Below are positions 9,922 to 21,534 of a DNA stretch of 64,000 bases, one piece after another (within the stretch, counting starts at the first letter, position 1; every line of letters starts with the position of its first letter). Position numbers and translations under genes: made by a program. The DNA comes from Porphyridium purpureum (Eukaryota). The stretch spans positions 62,001 to 126,000 of the forward strand of contig VRMN01000005.1 of the NCBI GenBank assembly GCA_008690995.1. Direction: 5' to 3'. Below the pieces are notes generated by a model. That model was not told the DNA's origin. It saw only the letters and a list, made by a program, of their open reading frames with translations, and ran no database searches.

Positions 9922-10914
9922 TTAAATAGGACTGCTGGAAAGAAGTGCCGCGACTGTTGGGAGTAGACCGAAAGTGACAACCTTGGCAAGCTCCCATGCC
10001 ACCAGAATTGGAGTCACGATCATCAGGACCGTTATCAGGCGCCCCATTTTGTTGAGTCTGAACTCTAGGGCCGACTCGTCGATAAGCTTAAATCCCGTCC
10101 GGCGCTCTAGGTCCCTGTACATCAGTTCGATCTCCATGCGAAGAAGGCGGCCTTCTTCCTGATTCTGCCGAATTTCCTCTTCCAGTGCAAGCTTTTGCTT
10201 TCGCATCTCCAGCTGTAGCAGCCGATCGCGCTCACCCTGCCGCTTCATTTCCTGGCTCCCCGACGTTTGCAGCTCCGGCACCTGATCCACTTTCTTCATC
10301 TGCTGACGCTCGTTGTCATGCTGACGTAATTTGCTTTTCCATAGTATTAGCTCCGCATACTGTCTGTTGACTTCTTCGATTTGCTTTCGCTCTCGATCTG
10401 CAAAACCGGGCACATCGAACGCATCGAGCTCATTGTCTGTCACTGTGTCAACAGTTGCTGATTCAGCAAACGCCTTTGACCACCAGTGCCCCAGCTCAAA
10501 ATTCCGCCTCGTGGGTTTCCCAGCTAACAGGCGAAAGCAGTCAGCAACACTGCCGATTTCGATGGCATCCTCCCCTTTCAATACAATCCTCATTTGCGAC
10601 AAGGTCTTCATCGGATCCCTTGCAGTGGGCGGCACCGGCTTGTTCCCCGTCGGCGTGAGACTCACACGCACACTACTTTTCGCAGGCGCCACCTGCTGCT
10701 GCTGCTGCTGCTTCTGAGCGGCATTTCCTCTCTGCTGCTGACCACCATTCACACCCTCACCTCCACTTCCACTGCTCGCACTGCGGCGCCCTTCCCCCAT
10801 GCTCGTGCGCACGCTCCCCCCACCTACTACCGCCACCCGCCTCGCAGCACATTTCCTCCCTCCGCGCACTTCCGCGTACCGCGCCACTCCCAACGCACCA
10901 ACAAATGCCTCCAT
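9922..10914 (-). CDS. Hypothetical plastid-targeted coiled-coil protein with C-terminal TM helix
   Basis: MEAFVG transit-like start, a polyQ tract, a long coiled coil and a hydrophobic segment near the C-terminus. Confidence 0.7.
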   Translation of the reverse strand: MEAFVGALGVARYAEVRGGRKCAARRVAVVGGGSVRTSMGEGRRSASSGSGGEGVNGGQQQRGNAAQKQQQQQQVAPAKSSVRVSLTPTGNKPVPPTARDPMKTLSQMRIVLKGEDAIEIGSVADCFRLLAGKPTRRNFELGHWWSKAFAESATVDTVTDNELDAFDVPGFADRERKQIEEVNRQYAELILWKSKLRQHDNERQQMKKVDQVPELQTSGSQEMKRQGERDRLLQLEMRKQKLALEEEIRQNQEEGRLLRMEIELMYRDLERRTGFKLIDESALEFRLNKMGRLITVLMIVTPILVAWELAKVVTFGLLPTVAALLSSSPI

Positions 10915-11239
10915 CTCAATCCCAGTCTGCATACACTCACACACGCGCACACACACTCCCTCTCTCTCTCCCTTTCCCTTCCTCGCTCTCTCCCTCGCTC
11001 TCTCCACAACACCGCCTCTCCTCCCGACCTTCCTCAATCTGCGAGCATTCTTCATCCTTTTCAAAAAAACAAAAAAAAAACACGCCAAGAGAACAAAAAC
11101 GGGATTCCAACAGTACACTATAAAAGCAGCACCGTTTGATAGGAAGAGAGCGTAGAACCCTAATTAGATTGGCGAAGCGCGTGTGTTGGGCGCCGACTTG
11201 AGCGCGGGGTGTGACGGCGTGGCACGTCGCAAAGAAGTC

Positions 11240-12982
11240 ATGGCAGGAATGGAGCAAGTTTCTGCGTGGTGTGAGGCCGCGCGTTTTGCTCCGCGCACAA
11301 GTGCGAGACAAGCGAAAGTCTGCGTGTGGTGTTCGCCCGCGAGACGTGCCGCGCTCTGCGCTCCGGCTGGCGCTCCGAGAGGAAGGGCAGTTGTGCACGG
11401 GCACGGGTTGAGGTGGAGACTTGTGCGTGAGCAGTATGGGCTGCGTTGTGTGGATGAAAAGCACGCGGGAAGGGAAGCAGAGGCACAGGAAGTGAATGGC
11501 GCTGGCGCCGAGGGCGGCCCAGAGAACGACGCGCCAGGCCTCTCCTTTGATGAAATGGGAAGGGATTCGCGTCCGTTGTCGGAAAAGACACGTCGGTTGC
11601 TGCAGAGTAGAGGGTTTGAGCGGCCGACACTAGTACAGGCGCGTGCGTTTGATCCGATTACGGAAGGTCGCAACGTGGTGTTGCGCGCAGTGACTGGGAC
11701 GGGAAAGACGCTTGCTTACGCACTCCCGATTGTTGAGCGGCTCGTGCAGGAGAAGCAGCAGGGCATCCTGACCGGAAAGGGCCCATTTGCGGTGATCCTT
11801 GTACCCACTCGCGAACTGGCGCTGCAGGTGCTCGAAGATCTGGAGTATTTTGCGCTTCCGCACGGTCTGAGCACTTGCTGCATGATTGGGTCTGTACCCA
11901 AGACGCAGCAATTGCGCCAGCTGCGTGCCGGAGTGGACATTGCGATTGGGACCCCTGGCCGGGTGCAAGACCATCTCAGCACTGAGCGGCTCAATCTGAT
12001 CGATGCCCGTTTTGCCGTACTGGACGAGGCCGACGAAATGTTCGACCTCGGCTTTGGCCCCGAAGTCGATTCGATTCTGCTCAACACGACCGCGCGTGTA
12101 CGCCAGACCATCCTGGTGTCCGCAACTATCCCCAAATGGGTCGAGACGGTGGCCGCGAGGTTTCAAAAGGCGCCTGTGTTGGTAAACTGTGTGACTGAAA
12201 ATGAAAACCGCACGCCTGAGCGCGTGACTCATTATGCCGTCCAGGTGCCAGAAGACTTGGACTCCCGTACTGCAATGGCAAGCGAATTTCTAGAGTCCTT
12301 TTTGCCCTTGAATTATGGCGAACAGAGTGCCGGATCCTCGGGAGATCAAGAAGATGAGGTGAGGAGTAAGCGCGCTATTGTGTTTGTGGATTCGCAAAGC
12401 GAGGCGAATGCGTTGGGAAAACCCGGCATGCTCGCGAGGCCAGCCATACCGCTGCATGGTGGGTTGAGCCAGTTAACCCGCGAGCAGCGACTGGCGCGGT
12501 TTAAGAGATTCCGGCGCCAGCCGGCCACCCTGGTTGCGACGAATGTCGCCTCGCGAGGGCTGGACATCGCAAACATTGAGCTGGTTATTCAGTGTCGCTT
12601 GCCGCGTGACAAGGAGAACTATATCCATCGGGTGGGCCGCACGGCGCGTGCAGGTCGTGCCGGAACAAGCATTGTCTTTTTCAGCGAGTCTGAAATGCCG
12701 GCCTTGAATGAGCTCTGCGCGCAAACGCGTGTGCGCATGAACGTGTTGAAGCCCACGCGCGATATGATCGAACGCGCTAAGCGCAAGTTGGGGTGGCGTT
12801 TGCAGCAGGTCGAGCAAAATATGGAGCTGCTTCCGTGGCTGGACGACGAGGAGCGTGCTGCTCTCGAAGCAGACGAATTTAAGAGGACACTTTCGCAACC
12901 CACAGTGAGGCAGACCATGGGTATCTCCGGGCGCTACGATCCTCGATACAACAAGTATGTCAAGGGCGTGCGTCGTCGCTAA
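11240..12982 (+). CDS. DEAD-box RNA helicase (DDX21/RH3-like, probably organellar)
   Basis: Q motif, TGTGKT, PTRELA, TPGR, DEAD, SAT, ASRGLDI and HRVGRTARAG, after an R/A-rich N-terminal extension. Confidence 0.93.
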   Translation: MAGMEQVSAWCEAARFAPRTSARQAKVCVWCSPARRAALCAPAGAPRGRAVVHGHGLRWRLVREQYGLRCVDEKHAGREAEAQEVNGAGAEGGPENDAPGLSFDEMGRDSRPLSEKTRRLLQSRGFERPTLVQARAFDPITEGRNVVLRAVTGTGKTLAYALPIVERLVQEKQQGILTGKGPFAVILVPTRELALQVLEDLEYFALPHGLSTCCMIGSVPKTQQLRQLRAGVDIAIGTPGRVQDHLSTERLNLIDARFAVLDEADEMFDLGFGPEVDSILLNTTARVRQTILVSATIPKWVETVAARFQKAPVLVNCVTENENRTPERVTHYAVQVPEDLDSRTAMASEFLESFLPLNYGEQSAGSSGDQEDEVRSKRAIVFVDSQSEANALGKPGMLARPAIPLHGGLSQLTREQRLARFKRFRRQPATLVATNVASRGLDIANIELVIQCRLPRDKENYIHRVGRTARAGRAGTSIVFFSESEMPALNELCAQTRVRMNVLKPTRDMIERAKRKLGWRLQQVEQNMELLPWLDDEERAALEADEFKRTLSQPTVRQTMGISGRYDPRYNKYVKGVRRR

Positions 12983-13140
12983 GAACATGCGTACGTTTGT
13001 GTAAAACTATTGACTCTCTGACTACACGTTTACCAGAATCTCAGGCAGTCAGTCTATGCCAGAGTAGATCGCGGCGCGCCAGGAGGAATGACTCTCTGGG
13101 TCTACGACGCTGGCAGGCTTGTCACCAGTTCGCAAAACGA

Positions 13141-15096
13141 CTAGTGCTCCGCTTTCCGCCTCCTCGTGGCCGCCGCTGCCGGCTTCGGCTCTGGCGTGAT
13201 CTCAGATTGCTCCGCTGACGGTGCAGGCGCCGCAGCATCGTCCGCTTGCGGCGCGTCCGTCTTCTTCGCAGACACGTCAGGAACGGCGGTCGTCCGTGAC
13301 GAGCGCGTCTGCTTCTTGCGATGCGCAGTGAGCACCAGGAAAAAGACGACAAGAACCAGTGGAATCCCAACAGACGGGATTAGCGGGTGAGAGCCGACAA
13401 AATCAAGCGCTGCGTCGACGTAAACATCTAGCCCGTGCTTGCGGAGAAGCGCATCGATGGGACTCAGCACGACTTCCAGCGCGTTCGCGACAGCGTCGGC
13501 CGCGTCAAGCACTTGGTTCTTGATTTTCGAGTTTACGTCACTTGCGTCCTTCTTCGCGGTGTGTTCAGATTTCTTTGTTTCCGCTGCGCGCTTGACGACG
13601 GTGGTCGCGTTTGCGAACGCCTCGGCATCCTCCACGCTCGTTCCCAAGTACACATTGTCAAATATGATACCATAATCCATTGCCCAAATTTCAAAGGCCA
13701 GCGCAGCGATCGGAAGCAACGTCACCTGCTCAACCTTGTAATAGTCCGGGTTCTCAATCTCGCGCGGTGCCCACGGACCGACGTACTTGGGGTTATCGAT
13801 CATCGGAGCCGTCCACTTGCCCTTGTAGTCCGGATTCGCAATTTGTGGCGCAACCCATGGCCCGCAACCGTTATCCACACATTTCGGGTTCTCAATGAGC
13901 GGCGCTTGCCAGGCCCCATCCTCGGAGTCTTCCCACTCGTCTGGCTTCACCGCACTTGGATCCGGGATTTGCGGCTCCTCATCCTCCAACCAATCGTCCG
14001 GCTTGGTCGCCGATTCGTCTGGGATGAACAGCGGTGCATCCTCATCCCAATCCGCTGGCTTGGTTGCGCTAGGATCCGGAATGCGGGGTTCATCCTCCCA
14101 GTCGGCGGGCTTGGTATCCTTCGCGTCGGGAATCGTGCTTGGTGGTTGGAACGGTGGCTCAAAGTCATGTGCGAGCGAACCGGCCTTCTTGACATCTCCA
14201 TCCACGCGTACTTCGTAAGTCTGTGCAGCCACGTCGAGAACGAGCGTGTACAAGTGAGTTTCAGACCCAAAGATGAAGGGTGCCGGCGGGTTGGTCAAAT
14301 GGTGCTCGGTGAGCTTTCCTGTAGTCGGGTGCTCAGACTGAATAATCACATGTACCTTGGCAGTGTCACCGCACTTGTCCGGTCCGAACATGATGCTATA
14401 CTGCACGCTGTTGTCAAAGACGTCTGGTGTGGCAAACGGAGACTTTGGCAGTTTCATGTACGCCCCGGAGCACGTCAAGCCGCTGTCGAACTTGACCTCA
14501 TACTGGAAAACAAGCTTATCGCCGTGTGCAACGACGACGGGCTCCGGCAACATTGCGACGGCACCGTAGAAGCGCGCCTTCTCGGACAGCATGGCACCCT
14601 TATCGCCATGAATTCCCGGCGCCCGCCCTCCTCCAAGCACGAAGCGGCCATTATACTGTGCCTTACTGCTGTACACCCACCTGTCTTCGTCAAACGCATT
14701 GCGCTGGAAAGTTTCCAGAAACAGCGCCGAGGCCGGTGCGTCTGGCGGCGAGTACGCCTCACTGTCCACACCCGAGTCGATCACGAGATCATCCAACTCT
14801 GGTCCGGGCGGCGGCATATCGCCAAACCCACCTGCGCCCAATCCTCCGTACGGATCCTCGTCTTCATAGTTCTCACCCATTCCCCCGAACCCACCTCCGC
14901 CGTACGCCTCCATCAACCGCGCCAGCTCCTCATCATCCATGCCTTCCAACGGATTCGCGCCGCCGGCGATCTGCTCATCGTCCTGCTGCGCGCTCACGAC
15001 GCCCACCAACACAACCACACCCAGCGCACACAGCAGCGCGGCAACCATCCTGTTCCTAACCATCCAGATCCTCCCCACCCTCCCCATCCTCCCCAT
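13141..15096 (-). CDS. CNX: Calnexin
   Basis: Signal peptide, CSGAYMKL, YSIMFGPDKCG, P-domain repeats (IPDP.A.KP.DWDED; G.W.AP.I.NP.Y.G), a TM helix and a basic tail. The exact ATG is uncertain (15096-15045). Confidence 0.95.
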   Translation of the reverse strand: MGRMGRVGRIWMVRNRMVAALLCALGVVVLVGVVSAQQDDEQIAGGANPLEGMDDEELARLMEAYGGGGFGGMGENYEDEDPYGGLGAGGFGDMPPPGPELDDLVIDSGVDSEAYSPPDAPASALFLETFQRNAFDEDRWVYSSKAQYNGRFVLGGGRAPGIHGDKGAMLSEKARFYGAVAMLPEPVVVAHGDKLVFQYEVKFDSGLTCSGAYMKLPKSPFATPDVFDNSVQYSIMFGPDKCGDTAKVHVIIQSEHPTTGKLTEHHLTNPPAPFIFGSETHLYTLVLDVAAQTYEVRVDGDVKKAGSLAHDFEPPFQPPSTIPDAKDTKPADWEDEPRIPDPSATKPADWDEDAPLFIPDESATKPDDWLEDEEPQIPDPSAVKPDEWEDSEDGAWQAPLIENPKCVDNGCGPWVAPQIANPDYKGKWTAPMIDNPKYVGPWAPREIENPDYYKVEQVTLLPIAALAFEIWAMDYGIIFDNVYLGTSVEDAEAFANATTVVKRAAETKKSEHTAKKDASDVNSKIKNQVLDAADAVANALEVVLSPIDALLRKHGLDVYVDAALDFVGSHPLIPSVGIPLVLVVFFLVLTAHRKKQTRSSRTTAVPDVSAKKTDAPQADDAAAPAPSAEQSEITPEPKPAAAATRRRKAEH

Positions 15097-15340
15097 GCTC
15101 CCCGTCCTTCCCCACCTTCTCTCCTCCCCTTCCTTTCCCACCTTCTCCCTTGCCCCTCTTCCTCAAACGCCCTTGTCCTTCCTTTCTTTCTTTCCTTCCT
15201 TCCTCTGCCACCAGCACCACTAACCTACTACCCCCGCCATAGGACTAGTCCGAATCAATCAACTTGCATAGATAAAAACACGTAAACACTCGTAAAGCGC
15301 GGTCACTGCACGGCGCACGCGGCCATCAAGCCACCACTTA

Positions 15341-16477
15341 ATGGCACACTCAATCAATATCGATCGCGGTCCTGTACTTCTGGAGTTCACTGTGCGCAGC
15401 TGTACGTTTGCGGAGGCACGAAACTGTACTTCGGGTGTTGAACCGGTTTCCGGAAACGGTTGCGCAAACGGTTTCGACCGGTTTCCAGAGCTTGGCAGCG
15501 TGCCGGGGGAGTGCAGGTGGAGGGAGGGAGCATGGAGTGAAGACGGTGTGATGCGTGGTGTGCTGCAAGGCGTGGTGAGAGGCGTGAGGCCGCAGGTTGT
15601 GGATGGCGTGCTGCATAAATGGGACGGCTTGGTCGTGCAGGTTGTCGATGGCGCACCACATCATGACTGCGCTGAAGCAGATGGAGGCGTAGACGGCGCG
15701 CCTGCGCCTGCCCAGCTCACGTTGACATTGGCTGGAACATACTCCGTCACGTTTCAGTATCCACCGGAAAACGTCAGGCCACTCCGCTGGTTCCAGATGG
15801 AGGAGAACAGAAAGGCCGGAATGTTGGTGGACAGGATCGGGTTCAACACGGCTCTCGTCCGCTTGGTGCTCGCAAAGACCTTTTTGAAGCACGAGGCAGA
15901 CCACGTCCGGTCGCTCGTGCTGCAACGCATGCGTATGCAAATTCCTATTGTTTCAATGGAGCACGTGCGCGTGCTGGGTGCGTCGAGTTGCGCGCGGTCA
16001 GCACACAGCAATCCGTCCCACACCTTGGTCTCTGATGACCGCCTGTGGTGGATTTCTGCCACCCGGAGCCCTCAACACCCGGAATACATCGAGTTTGCTT
16101 TGGGTCAGTCCGCCAACGAAGAAGTTCAGGTCGCTCTTGTGAGTATGAGGATTCCACCTCTACCGTACGGCCCTTTAAGCGTCCGCTTGTTTCGAATTGA
16201 GTCGTGGGACGCGCGCAAGAGTGCTTTTGTGTTTCACACAGCGCATGTCTTTTCTACACTTGACACTGGCGGCTGGCAAACATTCTTGCTGGACCCTCCG
16301 GTTGAGAGCAGCCGCATCCGATTGGTCTGTCTGCAGAATGCGTGCCAGTGTGAGGTAAGTAGTTTCGAGGACATGGTTGAAAGCGATGCACAGTTTTCGA
16401 ATCTCTTTTCTTACGACTCCTTGAGCGAGACGTGTTCGCACAGTTCGATAGGACTTTATCAGGTGCGATTCTGCTAG
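15341..16477 (+). CDS. Hypothetical protein with C-terminal galactose-binding/discoidin-like beta-sandwich
   Basis: Long ORF. The pattern NPSHTL..D..WWIS....PEYIEF.L...F.L..PV....IRL resembles F5/8-type folds. The true start may be ATG 15551. Confidence 0.55.
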   Translation: MAHSINIDRGPVLLEFTVRSCTFAEARNCTSGVEPVSGNGCANGFDRFPELGSVPGECRWREGAWSEDGVMRGVLQGVVRGVRPQVVDGVLHKWDGLVVQVVDGAPHHDCAEADGGVDGAPAPAQLTLTLAGTYSVTFQYPPENVRPLRWFQMEENRKAGMLVDRIGFNTALVRLVLAKTFLKHEADHVRSLVLQRMRMQIPIVSMEHVRVLGASSCARSAHSNPSHTLVSDDRLWWISATRSPQHPEYIEFALGQSANEEVQVALVSMRIPPLPYGPLSVRLFRIESWDARKSAFVFHTAHVFSTLDTGGWQTFLLDPPVESSRIRLVCLQNACQCEVSSFEDMVESDAQFSNLFSYDSLSETCSHSSIGLYQVRFC

Positions 16478-16854
16478 AAAAAAATCCTCAATGGTGTGAA
16501 CCGGATCGGCTGCTATCCGAATAGATAGGCAAGCCGTGCCGACCAGATGGGAGTGATACCCGCTTCTTAGCTGCTCTTCGCAGACACCGCGAGCCTCACC
16601 CGTGAGCGTATTGTACGTACAATATGGTGATGCCAGAGGTAGCCGCATTTCTCAAGTTCATGCAACCATCACGAGCGTCATGGCGCAAGCATGCGACTCT
16701 AGGGTTCTGGAGTCGTGCCTGAGCTACGCTTCGCGTGCGGGACAAAGAAGGCCGCATGTTCCCGCTCACCGCACCAGTCAGAAAATGGCATGCACCAATT
16801 ATACTTCAACTTGCATACGTAGAGTGTGAGTGTTAGCTTAGTCGACGACCATGA

Positions 16855-17463
16855 TCATTCGTGAAGCGTAGAGATAGAAGAATCGAAATCGAGATCAATG
16901 GCAACCTCTTGAAGGGCCGTTCTGCCTTCTATTTTTGTCGTTGCTTCTGAGCCCTTGCCATTGTCACTCTCACTGCCAATCGCGGGACTGTCATACGCGC
17001 ACTCAAGAGCGGCATCTTTCCTTTGCAGCACGTTAAAGTCGTAGAAGACGACGGGCTTGTCATCCACCATGCACACTCGTAATCCAGACTGTCGTCGCGA
17101 ACTGGCACTCCTGTCCTCCGAGCAGTCTGCGTTTCCGTTGACGCTTTTCCGAGGCGCGTACTCTTGCTTCTCAAAGTACGGACGAAGAGAGTCGCCATAC
17201 TTGTCTCGATTCGCGAGATAGTCTTCCGCTTTGGAGCTGATCCATAAATGCAGGTCACCTGTATTGGTGGACAACGAGAGTATTGTGAACACGCACGCCG
17301 TACAGACAACAAGCATCGCAGACTCGCCTCCGAGGTCATGATTTACCTGCGTTCCTACGATGATTGTGCAGCAAACCACCATGCCCAGATGGCCCAAGAA
17401 CCCGGCAAGCATAGTATGGAGGCCGTCGCAGATGATGCGAAACACCTTGCGCACCGCAAGCAT
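16855..17463 (-). CDS. Hypothetical membrane protein (two N-terminal TM helices)
   Basis: ATG 17463, two hydrophobic segments, then a polar tail. Confidence 0.5.
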   Translation of the reverse strand: MLAVRKVFRIICDGLHTMLAGFLGHLGMVVCCTIIVGTQVNHDLGGESAMLVVCTACVFTILSLSTNTGDLHLWISSKAEDYLANRDKYGDSLRPYFEKQEYAPRKSVNGNADCSEDRSASSRRQSGLRVCMVDDKPVVFYDFNVLQRKDAALECAYDSPAIGSESDNGKGSEATTKIEGRTALQEVAIDLDFDSSISTLHE

Positions 17464-18216
17464 CCTTGACTGTGGACGACCGCCCACGTGCGCGTCCGCG
17501 AAAACTGAAGAGGAGCCTTTCTTTGTGTGTTTGTGCCGGAGCCCAGAGCTCGCTACCCCTGAAGACCACTCGCCACGTTTCTTCCGGGATATAAATGTGA
17601 AACATACAAACACCAAACGCACGGCTTGTCCCTGCCCTCCTCACCCTTTGACGTTGCGTAGACGACCCCGTCAGTTTGTTTCTTTTTATGTTTCACTGGT
17701 TTGCTGCATGGGCATGTATAGAGAGACACAAGTCGACACGCTCAGAGGAGTCGAGTCCTGTGTGCCCAGCATCCGTGCGTCTCTGCGCCTATCTCTTCAC
17801 CTGCTTCACCTGCTTCACCTGCTCTCTGCACCTCTTGGCATTGCCATTCACTGCACGCGCACTGTACACTACCCAAACCTAACGCGCTCAATTGGCGGTC
17901 AAGTTTGAACGTTTGAAAGCAATTGAACGAGGTTGAGGTGTCGTTCGGCATCAACACGCGGCTGAGGTCTGCTGCGAGAATGCGCTTGAATTATGTTGGG
18001 TGTCTCACGTGCATGAGCACTGGGCAACATGGATTTGAACCGAGACTCGTCACACAGGCACGTCCGCACTGCATCAGTTCACACGGGGTATATCATGTGA
18101 TGGCTCGCCCGTTTCCTTGTCTCGTCGCACACGGTGCCGACGCCTGCGTGGTGAAGCCGTCTTCGTGCATAGCTGTGAGTGGTTGACGCGTGCGTGGAGG
18201 GCGGAACAAATAAGGC

Positions 18217-19386
18217 ATGCTGTCAGATTCTGCGCGTACGCGGGGCGTAATGGCGCGGACACCTAGATGTCCAAGCGTGGTGCTTCTCGCTCTGTGCGTT
18301 TTGATTGCGACGGGGTTGCCCCTGTTGGTGGCTGCGGAGCGGAATAGGAAACTCAGATTCACGAACCTGGATGTAAGTGGCGACCTACGATCAGGACCAG
18401 CGGCAGCACCCGCATCTGTGAGTGCGGCGGCGGCGACCATGTCGAATACCCAAGACGACGCTGTTTTGTCTCCACTAGTAGATGGGCGCGATACGGGCGG
18501 CTCCGAAACCCGATCAATGTCCCAGCGCCATGTGCAAAAATCAGTGGCGACAGAAATAGAGCACGCGGTCTCATCTATGTATTCAGACAAATCAGCAGCA
18601 GAAGACAAGCGCTCGGCTCTTGAAAGCGGTCGCGAGGGTGTAGCAGAAGCTGCGAGCCATTTCGTTTGGAAGGCGTACACGTATCTCCTCGCGCGCTTTT
18701 TATCAAACTCAGAAATCGCAAACTCTTCAAAGGAAGAAACACAGTCTCCTGTGTATCGCTCACGGGTGTTAATTTCCACGCAGACCTACGAAGACGGTCC
18801 GGATGAAACAATTCAAGGTTTCCGAGACGGAGAACCGCCAAGTGCCATGAGCGATGCAGCTCACGATGCGACGTTTCGTGCTGAAGATCGTTCGACACAG
18901 ACAAGCGTTGAATTATCTGACACGTTCCTCACCCGAAACGCCAGCATCACGCCGCATGCTGTTCCTGCACCAGTCGACGCAGATCGTCGCCTCATCGGCG
19001 ACGTCAATGCATCCGTTGGCTTGGAAAGAGCGAGTGCGTTTCCAATGGACAGACTGGGCGTAGCTCTGGTCTTTTGCGGAATCTGCGCCGCGTGCATAGT
19101 AACAGTCGCAGCAAAGCCTCCCAGGGATATTACGGTAGCGTCTGCCCACCACTCTTGGGCGCTCTTTCGACGCTGTGGGCTGCTCCAACAGGAGGGGGAC
19201 GAGTTTCACGACCTCGAGGCCGGAATGAGAAGGTTTCGGCATGAGTCATCATCGATCCTGAGGCCTATGCTGGAAGACCCCCTGAGTGGGTACCTTCAAC
19301 TTCACAATGACAAGGGGTTCCAGGGCGCAAATTTGCATTCAATCAGTATCCCTACTGATGTTAAGGTATTCGACCACATTGTGTAA
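18217..19386 (+). CDS. Hypothetical type I membrane protein
   Basis: Signal-like VVLLALCVLIATGLPLLVAA, an S/T/D-rich ectodomain and the TM LGVALVFCGICAACIVTVAA. Confidence 0.55.
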   Translation: MLSDSARTRGVMARTPRCPSVVLLALCVLIATGLPLLVAAERNRKLRFTNLDVSGDLRSGPAAAPASVSAAAATMSNTQDDAVLSPLVDGRDTGGSETRSMSQRHVQKSVATEIEHAVSSMYSDKSAAEDKRSALESGREGVAEAASHFVWKAYTYLLARFLSNSEIANSSKEETQSPVYRSRVLISTQTYEDGPDETIQGFRDGEPPSAMSDAAHDATFRAEDRSTQTSVELSDTFLTRNASITPHAVPAPVDADRRLIGDVNASVGLERASAFPMDRLGVALVFCGICAACIVTVAAKPPRDITVASAHHSWALFRRCGLLQQEGDEFHDLEAGMRRFRHESSSILRPMLEDPLSGYLQLHNDKGFQGANLHSISIPTDVKVFDHIV

Positions 19387-20303
19387 CATCTTGCCAACGG
19401 CAGGAAGGTCGGCCTTGGCTCTGCGCTGCCACTTCGCTCCAAACAATGCTTTTTTCGTGACGCCAAGAACTGGTCTCCGTCAAAGACACGGGGTCAGACT
19501 ACATCGCTCGAGTTGAACACTTTGTTCGTACTGCGGCATTCGAACGCGGGCTCGCAAGCCGTAGAGCAACTTTCGGGCAGCAGGCTCTGCATTCACGTGC
19601 GGGATGCAGCCTATATGACTGAAATTAAACCAAATGCGGATGCTCCGGGCGTCCAGAAGGTGTACGGGCGCTGTCGTTTTTCGACCATAGCGCTGGGCGT
19701 AAATGCAGGAGGCCGGGAGACGGCGAGGACTTTTTCGTGACAGCTTCGGCATGCATGATTGCGGGAAGTGATGATTTGTTTGCAGCTTTCAACGCCACTC
19801 ATTTTTTTGGGAATTTGATGGCCGGCGGGGTACACATCGGTGCTCCAGATCGGATAAGACCGACAGAGGTCTCGATTTTGTCTGTTGCAAGATCCGGATC
19901 ATGAAATTTTATGCACCGGTCTGCACTCCAGAGACCGTGAGATACCCGAGAAAAGAGTGCAATCTAAAGCCGAGACAAAATATCACTCCACAGTATGCTC
20001 TTCCATCGCTACTCCGGAGAACTAGGCTCGCGCCACATATGTGGCCGTCGTTCAGTCCAAAGGCTTCATCGTACATGCTGTTTCAAATGCCCTTACCTAA
20101 AATTAATACGTAAGCACCACCTCGAATGAGTGCCTTGCGCGCAATGCAGACCACCTCCATTGAAACGATCGTGCACATCTTCAGGCCCTGGGCTTGAATG
20201 CTACGCTCCCGCTTTACCGCGTTTGCATCTCGGGAATACAAAGACAACCCACTTTATTCACGTTCTTTCCACCGATGTCTTCCAAGCCATGTAGCAAAGC
20301 TTT

Positions 20304-21287
20304 TTAAGACGATGCCTGACTGCGCCGCACTAGAGTCTTGAATTCAGCCGAATCGGCATAAGCGTTGAGCTCCTTGACACGAAGGATAGGAAGAGGGTGC
20401 GTAAGCGCCTCGGTCATCCCCCTGCGCATCAGTCTTCCAAACGGACTCTTCGTCGCCTCCTCAAACATATCAATCTGTTTCAAGTACTCGTTCACGTCAA
20501 GCGTTCGCCCGCGGCCCACACCACCGGATAGCTTCATGAGAATCGAAAACATGACCTGTCTGTCTCGAACCACAAGAAGGCCTGCGCGGTCGCACGAAAG
20601 CTCAGCTGCACGCAGCCAGTTCTGCACTTGCCTGCCCAAGGCATCGGTGACCTGCGAAAACATGTCACCACCCAGCGACTGCGCAAAGAGTACTACCAAA
20701 TTTGCCATCGTGACCCACACGCCATGCTCACATTTCAGATGACCGAGCTCGTGCGCAATCACGCCCTTGAGCTCCTCCGGCGTCATAAGATCCACAAGCG
20801 ATGAGTGGAGTACAATGAAGGGCCGCTTGCCCTTGAACGCCAAGGTGTACGCGTTCGGCTGTGGATTATTCCTCACATATACCTGAGGAGCCTGATCAAC
20901 ACACAAAATTCGGCACGAGTCCATCACCAGTTCGTGGATATCCGGCAATTGCTTCTCGCTGACCAGAACAGCATTCGACAGGTTCTCCAGGTAGAACACC
21001 TCCTCCGCCATCGAGAGCACCTGCCGAAGCACGAGCTCAATACCAAACAACGAGCGCAGCAGCCGCGTGGCTCGGATGTCCACCGGATGCCTGAACATAT
21101 CTGCCGTCAACGCTTCCTTTGACGCGGAGGCGCGCGGCGCCATCCGTGCGGCCGCGAACGACGTCCGGCGCGCGCCGCCCGCCTGCATGCCTACCGCGGC
21201 CGCGCGCGAACACACATGTCTCCCACCATGCCTCCGTCCCAATCTCGACGCGCTGGCCACGCTGTCCACAAACGCGCCTGACTCCAT
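20304..21287 (-). CDS. Plastid M48 zinc metallopeptidase (PGM48-like)
   Basis: FRHP.D, PNAYTLA, ELKGVIAHELGHLKCEHG (HExxH), AAELSCDRA and THP..ILR, after an MESGAFV transit peptide. Confidence 0.92.
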   Translation of the reverse strand: MESGAFVDSVASASRLGRRHGGRHVCSRAAAVGMQAGGARRTSFAAARMAPRASASKEALTADMFRHPVDIRATRLLRSLFGIELVLRQVLSMAEEVFYLENLSNAVLVSEKQLPDIHELVMDSCRILCVDQAPQVYVRNNPQPNAYTLAFKGKRPFIVLHSSLVDLMTPEELKGVIAHELGHLKCEHGVWVTMANLVVLFAQSLGGDMFSQVTDALGRQVQNWLRAAELSCDRAGLLVVRDRQVMFSILMKLSGGVGRGRTLDVNEYLKQIDMFEEATKSPFGRLMRRGMTEALTHPLPILRVKELNAYADSAEFKTLVRRSQASS

Positions 21288-21534
21288 CGTCACCTTCGTC
21301 AGTCCGTGTCCACCACCAATGTTGTCGTTTTCACGCACGTTCTTTCCTCCACTCTCGTTCTGCTCCATCTCAACCATTAGGGTTTGCACAATTCATAGTA
21401 AAACGCGTCCGTTTACTTATCAAAAAGCTGGAGGCTATCGAGCGAAAGATTTTTTTTCAACCCGCGTGCTTTGTCGAGCCCTTTGAACAAAACGGTTTAT
21501 TCGGTTTCTCGTGCCATGAACCGATTGAACCGGT

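Noticed and set aside
13435..15285. 616-aa + strand ORF
   Set aside because: Antisense shadow of calnexin; no recognisable motifs.
19400..20300. 0.9-kb spacer with GTGATGA at ~19768
   Set aside because: No D box at a suitable distance, no rRNA-complementary guide and no credible ORF.
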